Source: Thermoplasmata archaeon
Lineage (GTDB): Archaea; Thermoplasmatota; Thermoplasmata; Halarchaeoplasmatales; Halarchaeoplasmataceae
Reading direction: 5' to 3'
NCBI GenBank assembly: GCA_003551675.1
Contig: PUNG01000062.1
Span: 1 to 57,300, forward strand
DNA: 57,300 bases
The translations under genes and the position numbers were made by a program. Each line of letters starts with the position of its first letter. The stretch's first letter is position 1. Below, one piece after another: positions 38,342 through 47,668 of the stretch. The notes under the pieces were generated by a model that did not search any database, had not been told where the DNA came from, and saw only the letters and a program-made list of their open reading frames with translations.

Positions 38342-38794
38342 ATGATGACATGGGGAATCGTGTTGATAGCAGTGGGGATAATCTTGTTTATCATGGAGGC
38401 GGCAGAACCGGGCTTTTTTATAGCTATACCTGCGGGTGTTCTGATCACCCTGGGATTTATAATCATAGCGGTTCCGGACTTCGATCTACTCTCATTATGG
38501 ACGCCGCTGATCGTGGCGCTGGTGGTTTTACCTATGATGTTCCTTTCCATGAGGTATTATCAGTATATTTCTCCTCCCTCTAAACCTACCACGACCATGA
38601 CCACGTCTTTGGAAGGTAAGGAAGGCATCGTGATCAAAGAGATCAAACCAGGTGAGATCTCGGGAAAAGTAAAAGTTGGTGACGAGATCGGCGGAGGATG
38701 GAGCGCTACGGCCGATGAAAAGATCGAAGAGGGAGCGAGAGTAAGAGTTAAAAAATCTAAAGGAGTACATGTGGTCGTGGAAAGATTGAATTGA
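38342..38794 (+). CDS. NfeD-family (short, OB-fold) membrane protein
   Basis: Three TM helices with E...PG, then LEGKEG.V...GKVKV...WSA; upstream of the SPFH gene. Confidence 0.9.
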   Translation: MMTWGIVLIAVGIILFIMEAAEPGFFIAIPAGVLITLGFIIIAVPDFDLLSLWTPLIVALVVLPMMFLSMRYYQYISPPSKPTTTMTTSLEGKEGIVIKEIKPGEISGKVKVGDEIGGGWSATADEKIEEGARVRVKKSKGVHVVVERLN

Positions 38795-38819
38795 TCTGGT
38801 TGATAATGGAGGAAAAAGA

Positions 38820-40034
38820 ATGTTAGGAGAAATCGGATGGTTAGGTCTGCAGATGATAGAGGGAACCACCGCATGGGTGGTCGGTCTGGTGATAATAGTG
38901 ATCATCTTTGCCATAGTGGCAGGTAGGACCGCATTTTGGATAGTACAGCCCTACGAGCAGGGGATATGGATAGTATTAGGAAACTTTAGAAAAACCCTTG
39001 AGCCCGGCGTCAGTATAGTGCATCCGTTCATCTCTGAAGTCATAAAATTAGATCTGAGGACCCAGGTATTGGATGTTCCAAGACAAGAGGTGATCACCAA
39101 AGACAATTCCCCCACCAACGTGGACGCTATAATCTACATCAAAGTCGTAGATGTAGAGAAGGCCTATTTTGAAGTCACGAATTACAAGGCCGCTACCATC
39201 AACTTGGCACAGACCACACTGAGATCGGTGATAGGTGATATGGAGTTGGATGAAATACTCTACAACAGGGAGAGGATAAACACTCATCTCAGACAGGTGT
39301 TGGACGAGGCCACCGATGCATGGGGAGTTAGAGTGGAATCTGTAGAGATAAGGGAAGTCGATCCAGTACCACAGGTCAAAGATGCCATGGAGGAACAGAC
39401 TGCAGCGGAAAGGCAGAGGAGAGCGGCTATCTTGAGAGCCGATGGAAAGAAACGCTCCGCCATACTTGAAGCAGAGGGTAACCGAAGATCGAAGATACTG
39501 AATGCCGAAGGTATGAGACAGAGCAGGATATTGAACGCTGAAGGTACCAGGATGAAAAAGATCTTGGAGGCGCAAGGTGAAGGACAAAGGCTAAGAGTGC
39601 TTTCACTAGGCGCTAATACATTGGACGAAAAAGCGTTGACCTATCTGTCTTTAGACACGCTCAAAAACATGTCTCAAGGCGAATCCACGAAGATCCTTTT
39701 CCCATTCGAAGTTACAAAACTGATGGAAGGCGCATCGAATTATCTAGGAGCCTCTAGAGAAGTACCCAGCAGGGAACCGGTGGATATTCAGTCTCTAGAA
39801 GAAATAGTCGGGAAAGCCGATGAGATCCTCGGAGAGATACCCGGTAGAACTGAGATGAAAGAAAGGATCGACGCCATCGAGAAGAAGGCAAGAGAGGAAG
39901 AAGACAAGGATAGAAAAAAGATAAGAGAACAGGCCGAAAAGAACGCCAGGGAAGTTTTAGAAGAGGTGAAAGAATCTACTGGTGATGATGAGGTTGAGAC
40001 GTGGAAGATGGACAAAGAGGAGGACGAGGAGTAA
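38820..40034 (+). CDS. SPFH/band-7 stomatin-like protein
   Basis: DLRTQVLDVPRQEVITKDN, AQTTLRSVIG, WGVRVESVEI, AERQRRA, AEG repeats. Confidence 0.94.
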   Translation: MLGEIGWLGLQMIEGTTAWVVGLVIIVIIFAIVAGRTAFWIVQPYEQGIWIVLGNFRKTLEPGVSIVHPFISEVIKLDLRTQVLDVPRQEVITKDNSPTNVDAIIYIKVVDVEKAYFEVTNYKAATINLAQTTLRSVIGDMELDEILYNRERINTHLRQVLDEATDAWGVRVESVEIREVDPVPQVKDAMEEQTAAERQRRAAILRADGKKRSAILEAEGNRRSKILNAEGMRQSRILNAEGTRMKKILEAQGEGQRLRVLSLGANTLDEKALTYLSLDTLKNMSQGESTKILFPFEVTKLMEGASNYLGASREVPSREPVDIQSLEEIVGKADEILGEIPGRTEMKERIDAIEKKAREEEDKDRKKIREQAEKNAREVLEEVKESTGDDEVETWKMDKEEDEE

Positions 40035-40104
40035 AAAAACGATCTTCCTCTTTCAACACAAGGGACAACACTAAATTACATCTTTCCCTATTATCATATT
40101 CAAT

Positions 40105-40587
40105 ATGAAGAGAAATGAGACAAAAAGATATCCTAACTACATGGAGATAGACGGGAAGCGATTCACAAGAAGAACGATAGAAGTACTGCAGGGTGAAGAA
40201 GGTGTAGAAGATCTGAGAGACGAATGGATCCCCATAGCGGAGGCTTTAGACTATCCGGAAAAGTTTCCCTTCTTGGTCTCCGATATATTAGATGTAGAAA
40301 AGAGTAAAGAGCTCAGGCGGGCATTGATAAGGATCCAGATCGACGCACAGTTACAGTTGAATAGAGATCTTGATTTTTACAAAAAACAACTTTTCATCTC
40401 TGAAACCATCGAGCTCCTACTCTTCCATCGATTGAGACTTCGACCCAGACGAAAAAGAAAAAAGAAAAAAGATGACGAAGAGAAAGATGAAAAGAAAGAT
40501 TTGCAGGGGAAAGAGGCACCTGTAGATGATGAAGAGACCGATGATGAAGAGACCGACGACGAAGAGACCGACGACGAAGAGGACTGA
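40105..40587 (+). CDS. Hypothetical protein with basic patch and acidic repeat tail
   Basis: Host-like codon and amino-acid usage; RPRRKRKKKK then (DDEET)3DDEED. Confidence 0.7.
   Translation: MKRNETKRYPNYMEIDGKRFTRRTIEVLQGEEGVEDLRDEWIPIAEALDYPEKFPFLVSDILDVEKSKELRRALIRIQIDAQLQLNRDLDFYKKQLFISETIELLLFHRLRLRPRRKRKKKKDDEEKDEKKDLQGKEAPVDDEETDDEETDDEETDDEED
40525..40584 (+). repeat. 15-bp coding tandem repeat x4
   Basis: GATGATGAAGAGACC x2, GACGACGAAGAGACC, GACGACGAAGAGGAC. Confidence 0.9.
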
Positions 40588-40661
40588 TCCAAAGAAGAAA
40601 GGAGGAAAACTGAAGTCAACGGATCGAGACTGCTACCAGATATTATCTTGAAGCTATAGAC

Positions 40662-41750
40662 CTAAGAGGGACTTTTAGCAGTTCCTTCATCTTTCTTAAT
40701 TTTCGGGAACCAATGTCGAGTTTTCAGACATATCTGTACGATTATCAGCATTATCGGTACCTCTATCAACAGACCCGTCACCGCCGTCAATGTAGCCAAA
40801 GAATCGATACCGAAGATCGTTATAGACATGGCGATAGCCACTTCGAAATGGTTGCTTGTCGCTATCTGAGCCGTCGGTGCAGCATCTTCATATGGTAGTC
40901 CTACTTTTTTAGCGGTCCAGTATGAGATGATGAACATTATCATGAATTGTATGATCAAGGGAACAGCGATCATAAGGACTATGATCGGTTGATCTAGTAT
41001 GGTTCTAGAATGAGGCGAAACTATAACAACGATGGTGAAGAGAAGCGCCAAAACCGACACGTAATGAAGTTTATCGGTGAACTGGTCGAACCATTCTCGC
41101 CCTCGCCGCTGTATAAGCTTCTTCCTGGTGACGTAACCGGCCGCGAGAGGCAGACCGATGTAGGCTAGCACACCGAAGGCTATCTGGCCCGCAGGCACTC
41201 CGACACCTTCTCCAGCAACGTCCGCTATGGGTAAGAGTATGATAGCAAGAGGGGCATAAAGCACCAGCATGGAGAGGGAATTTATCGCAGTCACCACGAT
41301 AGTATGTCCCATATTACCTCTAGAAAGATAGGACCATACCAAGACCATGGCGGTACACGGCGCTATACCCAAGAGTATCATCCCTCCGATTATAGGTCCG
41401 ATCTGATCCTGTGTCAGCCATGGAGCAAATATGACAGCAAAGAAAAACCATGCAAGGCCCGCTTTCAGGAACGGTTTTATCCCCCAGTTGAGTCCTAAAG
41501 TGGTCAGGATCGGTTTGGTCGACTTCCCCGCTCGGATGATCTTTTGGAAAGGTGTCTGGACCATTATAGGATAGATCATCAGGAAAAGGACTATCACCAC
41601 TGGAACAGAGTAACCTGAAACTTCAAAGGCCTCGAAAGTCTCCGCCAGACCTGGATATGCATTTCCCAATACTAGCGCGATCACCATGCAGATTCCGACC
41701 CAAACCGTAAGATATCTTTCGAAGAAACCGAGTTCATATCCTTCCGACAT
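40662..41750 (-). CDS. acr3: Acr3 arsenite efflux transporter
   Basis: FFERYLTVWV, MIYP, NWGIKP, APCTAMVLVW, SNHFEVAIA, LIEVP. Confidence 0.95.
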   Translation of the reverse strand: MSEGYELGFFERYLTVWVGICMVIALVLGNAYPGLAETFEAFEVSGYSVPVVIVLFLMIYPIMVQTPFQKIIRAGKSTKPILTTLGLNWGIKPFLKAGLAWFFFAVIFAPWLTQDQIGPIIGGMILLGIAPCTAMVLVWSYLSRGNMGHTIVVTAINSLSMLVLYAPLAIILLPIADVAGEGVGVPAGQIAFGVLAYIGLPLAAGYVTRKKLIQRRGREWFDQFTDKLHYVSVLALLFTIVVIVSPHSRTILDQPIIVLMIAVPLIIQFMIMFIISYWTAKKVGLPYEDAAPTAQIATSNHFEVAIAMSITIFGIDSLATLTAVTGLLIEVPIMLIIVQICLKTRHWFPKIKKDEGTAKSPS

Positions 41751-41752
41751 GA

Positions 41753-42028
41753 TCAGCACCTTTTTTCCAATCTATCTCCCAGCTCTTTTCCTTTCTCTAA
41801 TATCTCTATTATCTCGGGTTCTGAAACTTTGTAATAGATACGTTTCCCCTTTCTTTTCTTCTCGATGAGGCCGCAGTCGTACAGATCCTTTAGATGATGG
41901 CTGGTCAGCGATTGTTCTAGGTCCAAACATTCAGCTATCTCGTTAACGCACTTTTCCTCCTTCCCTATGCAGTAAAGTATCTTTCTTCGATTGGCATTGT
42001 TTAGGCACTTGTATAAATGACCGTTCAT
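41753..42028 (-). CDS. arsR: ArsR/SmtB transcriptional repressor
   Basis: RRKIL, EKCVNEIAECL, QSLTSHHLKDL, GKRIYY; Cys-rich; directly upstream of acr3. Confidence 0.92.
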   Translation of the reverse strand: MNGHLYKCLNNANRRKILYCIGKEEKCVNEIAECLDLEQSLTSHHLKDLYDCGLIEKKRKGKRIYYKVSEPEIIEILEKGKELGDRLEKRC

Positions 42029-42031
42029 ATG

Positions 42032-42052
42032 AATAACATATCATATGTTATT
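42032..42052. promoter_or_regulatory. Putative ArsR operator (10-1-10 perfect inverted repeat)
   Basis: AATAACATAT-C-ATATGTTATT between a TTTTTAA TATA-like box and the arsR ATG. Confidence 0.75.
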
Positions 42053-42098
42053 AAAAAATCTTTTGGTGCTCATGCAAGTGTAAATAAGTCATCTTGGA

Positions 42099-43118
42099 TC
42101 AAACTATCCTGTGTCCAAACACCTCGACATCCTCTTTTTTTATCAGATACATGGTACTCCCAGCAGATACTAAAAGAGGAAACCAGAATGTTATCGCCCT
42201 TGCTAATAAGGCTATAGCCATGCCCTCGGCAAAAAGGAAACCGTTCAGTCTCAAAACGAGCGCCATGCTTCCTTCGAAAGTGCCGAGACCGCCGGGCGTT
42301 ATGGGTAACATACTGACCAGATATGCGGCGTAGGTAACGACCACTGCAAGAAGAAAACTGATCTGGATTCCAAGAACGTGTGCGGTCACATAGATCTTTA
42401 AAGGATACAATACCCAAACCAAGAGAGAGACCATAAAAAGACTGTTGCGGGTCTTAGGCGTGAGGATATTTTGGGTCGAATTTGAAGCTCTTTGAACAAA
42501 ACAAACCGCTGCTCTGAATTTGCCGTATAACTTATCAAAACCTGAAGGTCCGATATCTAGATGTTCCGGCAATCCTCTACTTTTTCCTTCATGATAGATG
42601 AGTAAAAAAAGAAGAAACGTGATAACAGCTAACAAGGCGAAAGAAGCGTAGACGAGAAAAGGCATAGTATAGAAGAAGGAAGTTAGCACTAGAGTCAAAA
42701 GACACAATAGAAGAAAAGGAACTAACGATATGTACTTGTGAGCTAAAAGTAAAGAAGTCAGCTTTTCATAGCCTATACCTCTGAGATGATTAAAAAGATA
42801 AAGCTTGGTGACTTCACCTCCCATCTTGGACGAGGGGGTCACGCTTTCGACAAAACCGCCTGTCTGATTTATCAAAAAAATTTTACTGAAAGGTATCTTC
42901 TCCGCACTTTCTCTGAACAGATAATACCATTGATAAGAAGTCAAAGAAAGAGTGATCAATTGAAGGGAACAGAGTGATACGATAAAGAGTAACAATATAA
43001 AGATATCTAAGTTCGATAAGATGGATACGATCTCTCCAAAACCGCTGATGATCGTTATGAAGGTTAGGAGAATTATACCAAAAACCCATAACAACAGTTT
43101 TTTATTCATGATCTTCAC
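42099..43118 (-). CDS. UPF0104/LPG-synthase-TM flippase-like membrane protein
   Basis: TPSSKMGGEV, LPITPGGLGTFEG, ALLARAITFW; about 8 TM helices. Confidence 0.88.
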   Translation of the reverse strand: MKIMNKKLLLWVFGIILLTFITIISGFGEIVSILSNLDIFILLLFIVSLCSLQLITLSLTSYQWYYLFRESAEKIPFSKIFLINQTGGFVESVTPSSKMGGEVTKLYLFNHLRGIGYEKLTSLLLAHKYISLVPFLLLCLLTLVLTSFFYTMPFLVYASFALLAVITFLLFLLIYHEGKSRGLPEHLDIGPSGFDKLYGKFRAAVCFVQRASNSTQNILTPKTRNSLFMVSLLVWVLYPLKIYVTAHVLGIQISFLLAVVVTYAAYLVSMLPITPGGLGTFEGSMALVLRLNGFLFAEGMAIALLARAITFWFPLLVSAGSTMYLIKKEDVEVFGHRIV

Positions 43119-43119
43119 T

Positions 43120-43659
43120 TTAATGATCGAATAGGACTGATCTATTGAAGGTCAACATATTATGTTTCACTTCACCTTTAGGTTCACGATCAGGTATTTC
43201 GCCGTATGTATCTTCGAACCTTTTTCTCGGTGCGCGCACGATAACGGGACCATTTCTTTCAAAAAGCAAGTTTTCCACAACCCGTAGCTTCGGCTCGACT
43301 TGGAGAGCGACCAAAGCCTTATCGAAGTGCACGGGAACATCTTCCATGCAGTCGTCTTTCAAAAAATGTATCCGGTGGGATAACCCCATAGACTGGACTA
43401 ATTTTTTCCCTCTAATCAACGCCGTTTTATCTTTATCTACAGCGTAAACTTCGGCACCACTGACCTCTGCTAAGTGAACTGCGGTAAAAGGTAGTGCGCC
43501 GCAGCCGAGGTTCAAAATCGTATCGTTCGAAGAGATATCTCCTAGTTTTATCTCCCTTTTCACCACGTTTTCGTATGGTGCTGCGTACAACCTGAACAGG
43601 GAATGATTATCGTGAAGGACTTTTTCTAAAGACGCGGTAAATCGCTGTATCGCTTTCAT
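43120..43659 (-). CDS. Nicotianamine-synthase-like SAM-dependent transferase (short form)
   Basis: Y..VVKREI, LNLGCGALPFTA, AVDKD, FDKALVALQVEPK, IVR, matching NAS-type GxGPLPxT and A(L)AEPK motifs. Confidence 0.75.
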   Translation of the reverse strand: MKAIQRFTASLEKVLHDNHSLFRLYAAPYENVVKREIKLGDISSNDTILNLGCGALPFTAVHLAEVSGAEVYAVDKDKTALIRGKKLVQSMGLSHRIHFLKDDCMEDVPVHFDKALVALQVEPKLRVVENLLFERNGPVIVRAPRKRFEDTYGEIPDREPKGEVKHNMLTFNRSVLFDH

Positions 43660-43693
43660 GTATGAGTATATTTACCTATCATGCATTTAAATC

Positions 43694-43709
43694 TTTAGGT
43701 TAACCTAAA
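43694..43709. promoter_or_regulatory. DtxR/SirR/MntR-type operator palindrome
   Basis: Perfect 16-bp TTTAGGTTAACCTAAA between divergent TATA boxes (ATTTAAAT 43685-43692; TTTATAAA 43711-43718). Confidence 0.85.
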
Positions 43710-43743
43710 CTTTATAAACCTCCTCTCTTTTACCCTTGTTAAC

Positions 43744-44556
43744 ATGGTCACACCATCGGAAAGCTTTGAGAGCGCAGATAAAAAGATGATAAAATCCATC
43801 GAAAAGCTCGGTTGTCGTTTCAAAAAATTCGGTAGCATTTATCACAAAGTCTTCTATGAAGATGTTATCGAGAAGGAGCTTGAACTTGCAGAATTAAAGA
43901 GCGATGCGGATATAATAGTGGTAGGATGCGGCCCTTTTCCTATGACCGTTCAAAATCTAGCCGAAAAAGGTTTCAACGTCACCGGTTTGGATCGAGATCC
44001 GAGTGCGATCCGGCATTCTAAAGAGATGTTGGCTGATGTCGAATTTATCTTGGACGACGGACGAAACATCGATTACTCAGATTACGATGCTGTCTGGATC
44101 CCCTTCCATGTAGAACCCAAGGACGATATCTTGTGTAATATATTCAAAGAGATAAAGCTCGGTGGAAAGGTCGTTTATAGAGTCCCCAAAAACCATCTTA
44201 AATGCTTTTACCGCTCCGTGGATCCCTCGGCATACACAAAAAAACACTGCTGCGTTGACCAGAGTATGGGTAAAAGATCCATCGTGGCCGTTAAGGAAAA
44301 GAAGTGTAGGCAAAACTGTAATGAGAGCAAAAGATCCCCTATCTCCTGCCGTTCTTTAAAAACGGTAAAGATCGGTGAGGAAGCTAAGGTCCTATCCTGT
44401 CCTAAACATTCCTGTTTGAACGCTTTGGGTATCAGAGAGGGAAAAAGAGTCAAGATGAAAAGTAGACAACCTTTAGGTGGGCCGCTTCTCGTCTCTGTTG
44501 AGGGTAGAGAGGCCGCCATAGACAGAGACATCGCAGGAAACATAGCAGTGGCGTGA
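43744..44556 (+). CDS. NAS-like SAM-dependent transferase fused to FeoA
   Basis: YEDVIEKEL, VVGCGPFPMT, GLDRD, YDAVW..HVEPK, VVYR; Cys-rich linker; C-terminal FeoA LNALGIREG...QPLGGP...AID...A. Confidence 0.8.
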   Translation: MVTPSESFESADKKMIKSIEKLGCRFKKFGSIYHKVFYEDVIEKELELAELKSDADIIVVGCGPFPMTVQNLAEKGFNVTGLDRDPSAIRHSKEMLADVEFILDDGRNIDYSDYDAVWIPFHVEPKDDILCNIFKEIKLGGKVVYRVPKNHLKCFYRSVDPSAYTKKHCCVDQSMGKRSIVAVKEKKCRQNCNESKRSPISCRSLKTVKIGEEAKVLSCPKHSCLNALGIREGKRVKMKSRQPLGGPLLVSVEGREAAIDRDIAGNIAVA

Positions 44557-44565
44557 GGACCTTTT

Positions 44566-46254
44566 ATGGAAGTACTTCTGATAGGACCTCCAAATGTAGG
44601 AAAAAGTGTTCTTTTCAATCGTTTGACCGGCTTAGATGTAGGCATGGCAAATTATCCCGGTACTACGGTGGATTTTAAAAAGGGAAAAGCTACGGCCGGT
44701 GAAAAAGAGTACGAACTCATCGATGTTCCCGGCACCTATTCTTTAGACGCCTCTAATCAGGCGGAACGTATAGCGGTGGAGATGTTAGAGGTTGACCCTG
44801 CCGGAGTCGTGTGTGTTCTTGACGCTAAAAATTTAGAGAGCAGCCTATATCTCCTCATGCAGGTTCTAGAGAAAGATATCCCTACTGTTGCAGTGATAAA
44901 CAGGGTAGACCTGATAGAAGAAAGTCTTGACGTCGAATATCTATCCAAAACGATGGATATACCTGTGATCACAACGGTTGCAACCAAGGGACGTGGCATC
45001 GGCAAATTGAAGGAATCGATCAACGATCTGGTGGAAGGAAAAATAGATACCAGTCGTAAAGAAAACAAAGCTGACTGGGATCTAGCCGAAGATCTGGATA
45101 AAAATGTAAAAAAAGGGTCTAAAGACGACTATAAAAGTAGAAAGAACCGTTGGAGCGATCTTCTAGTAAAACCTTTTCCTGGGATACCTTTAGCTTTTTT
45201 GATATTAGGTTTGATGTTCCTTTTGGTTATAGGTGCTGGCTTAGCGATGAGACGATTCATATTTTTACCTTTTTTTGATAGTGTTATATTTCCGCCAATC
45301 ATAGCAGCAGTAGAACGTTTTACAGCCGAGGGCACTGTTCGAAATATACTGGTAGGGGAGTATGGATTTTTGATCAAAGCCATCGAATGGCCCATCGGCC
45401 TTGTGTTGCCGTATATAATTTCTTTCTACACCGCTTTAAGCATATTGGAGGATAGTGGGTATATGCCTAGACTGGCTGTACTATTGGATGGTCTGTTCAC
45501 CAAGATGGGACTCTCCGGTTCCGCCATAATACCTCTTCTACTGGGTTACGGGTGCGCCATCCCTTCTATTATGTCTACAAGGACCATGACCGATAAAAAG
45601 AAAAAGATGATTGTATCCGCGATGGTCTGCTTATCGGTACCGTGTGTAGCCCAGTCCGGTGCCTTTATCGCTCTTCTGGCCGAGCGTTCCATCATGTTGG
45701 TGTTTCTGATATTCTTGTTTTCTTTGAGCGCAGCTTTTTTATCCGGTCTGTTACTAGGTAAATTATTCAAAGTCGAAAAAACTCCCATGATACAGGAGGT
45801 ACCAGAACTTCTAGTTCCCGACTGGAAGATGTTTGGAAAAAAGTTATGGATAAGGGTAAAGCACTTTCTTACCAACGGCGCGGTTCCGATGATATATATC
45901 ATCGGAGCTGCCGCCGTTCTCTACGAAACAGGTATACTAGCCCACATAGGCATGTTATTGGAGCCATTGGTAACGGGATGGCTTGGTCTACCTTCCGAGG
46001 CGTCCACCCCTCTCATACTAGGAATATTTAGAAGAGAACTAGCGGTACTACCTCTGTTGGAGATGAACCTTACCAACCTGCAGCTCTTCGTGGGTGCTGT
46101 GATAGCCCTCTTTTACGTACCGTGTGTGGCGGTTTTAGGTGTGATCGCAAAAGAGTTCGGTGCTAAGGTTTCCGCGGGCATCTTGGCTTTTACCGTTATA
46201 TTTTCCATGTTGATCGGCGGTTTGATATTTCAGATAGGAAGCATCTTACTTTAG
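44566..46254 (+). CDS. feoB: Ferrous iron transporter B
   Basis: G motifs GPPNVGKS, NYPGTT, DVPG, NRVD; LEDSGYMPR, GYGC, VPC, FRRE, FYVPC. Confidence 0.95.
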   Translation: MEVLLIGPPNVGKSVLFNRLTGLDVGMANYPGTTVDFKKGKATAGEKEYELIDVPGTYSLDASNQAERIAVEMLEVDPAGVVCVLDAKNLESSLYLLMQVLEKDIPTVAVINRVDLIEESLDVEYLSKTMDIPVITTVATKGRGIGKLKESINDLVEGKIDTSRKENKADWDLAEDLDKNVKKGSKDDYKSRKNRWSDLLVKPFPGIPLAFLILGLMFLLVIGAGLAMRRFIFLPFFDSVIFPPIIAAVERFTAEGTVRNILVGEYGFLIKAIEWPIGLVLPYIISFYTALSILEDSGYMPRLAVLLDGLFTKMGLSGSAIIPLLLGYGCAIPSIMSTRTMTDKKKKMIVSAMVCLSVPCVAQSGAFIALLAERSIMLVFLIFLFSLSAAFLSGLLLGKLFKVEKTPMIQEVPELLVPDWKMFGKKLWIRVKHFLTNGAVPMIYIIGAAAVLYETGILAHIGMLLEPLVTGWLGLPSEASTPLILGIFRRELAVLPLLEMNLTNLQLFVGAVIALFYVPCVAVLGVIAKEFGAKVSAGILAFTVIFSMLIGGLIFQIGSILL

Positions 46255-46327
46255 CTATGAACATCTATTTGATGTGATCATCTTCGATAGCCTTGGAAAA
46301 AGTAAAAAAAGAAAAGGGTTAGCTTGA

Positions 46328-47668
46328 TCAATCCACTATCTCATCCACTATCTCTTCGGACCTGCCCAGATACTCTTCGGGATCGAACATTTCTTCCAAC
46401 TCCACTTCAGAGGTGACTTCCATCACATCTTCTTTTTCCATGAGTTTTTCTTTTAGCGGTTTTCCTTCCGCCCTAGCTTCCATGGCCGCTTCCCGCATGA
46501 TCTCATGAGCTTCCTGCCTGCTAAGACCTTTTTCCGTGAGATGGATCATGACGGCTTCAGCCATCACGAGACCGTCGCTCATATCTATGTTCTTTCTCAT
46601 GTTCTCAGGAAAAACTTTCAAGTTTTTGAACAGCTTCTCGCTCTTGTTCAATATATCGTCTAAGAGGACTAAAACATGGGCAACGGTGATCCTCTCGGAA
46701 GAAGAGTTCGTAAGGTCGCGTTCATGCCAAAGTATCATGTTCTCATAAGTAGGTGCGACAAAACCTCTCAGGGTTCTGGCTAGCCCACATATATTTTCCG
46801 CCAAGATAGGATTCTTCTTATGGGCCATGGTCGAACTACCGACTTGCTTTTCCGTTTCGAAGGATTCAGCCGCTTCCATTATCTCCGGTCTTTGAAGATT
46901 TCGCACCTCGGTGGAAAACTTCTGCAGTGAAGCGGAAACATTGGCGGCAAAAGAGATCAATTCCGCATACCTGTCACGACCGACTATCTGCCCCGTAGCT
47001 TTATCGATCCCCAAGCCGAGGTCGTTCATGACCAGCTCTTGCAACTCTTTTGCGTCCTGGCCAAAGGCGGCACCGGTTCCTACCGCGCCGCCCATCTTAC
47101 CTACAAGGATTCTTTTTTTAGCCTCTTCTAACCTTTCTATATGTCTATCTATCTCAGAGACGTAAACCGCCAGTTTTAACCCGAAGGTCATGGGTACGGC
47201 GTGCTGAGCATGGGTCCTACCTATCATCACCGTACTTTTGTGCTCTTTTGCTCTTGCGGAGAGGGTCCTTCTCAACTCTTTAAGGTCCTCTTCGAGCACC
47301 TCAACGGCTTCCTTGAGCTGTAACGCCATACCGGTATCTATTATATCGTTGGAAGTGGCACCCAAGTGGATATACTTCTCGGCGTCACCACATTCTTCGC
47401 CCAAAACTTTCACTAGAGCCATTATGTCGTGCTTCGTCTCCTCTTTCTCCACTCTCTCGATCTCTTCCCACTCGATTATTTTCGTTGTTGCGTTTTCGGT
47501 TATTATCTCCGCAGCTTCTTCAGGTATATTTCCAAGTTCCGCGTGAGCTCTCGCTAGAGCGGCTTCAACTTTCAACAGTTTGTCCGTTTTATTTTCTTTA
47601 CTGAATACGGACTTCATCTCGTTTCTGCCGTACCTGTAGTCCAACGGGCATACCAACATGTCTCTCAC
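46328..47668 (-). CDS. purB: Adenylosuccinate lyase
   Basis: HLGATSND, GRTHAQHA, GSSTMAHKKNP, HERDLTNS. Confidence 0.96.
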   Translation of the reverse strand: MRDMLVCPLDYRYGRNEMKSVFSKENKTDKLLKVEAALARAHAELGNIPEEAAEIITENATTKIIEWEEIERVEKEETKHDIMALVKVLGEECGDAEKYIHLGATSNDIIDTGMALQLKEAVEVLEEDLKELRRTLSARAKEHKSTVMIGRTHAQHAVPMTFGLKLAVYVSEIDRHIERLEEAKKRILVGKMGGAVGTGAAFGQDAKELQELVMNDLGLGIDKATGQIVGRDRYAELISFAANVSASLQKFSTEVRNLQRPEIMEAAESFETEKQVGSSTMAHKKNPILAENICGLARTLRGFVAPTYENMILWHERDLTNSSSERITVAHVLVLLDDILNKSEKLFKNLKVFPENMRKNIDMSDGLVMAEAVMIHLTEKGLSRQEAHEIMREAAMEARAEGKPLKEKLMEKEDVMEVTSEVELEEMFDPEEYLGRSEEIVDEIVD

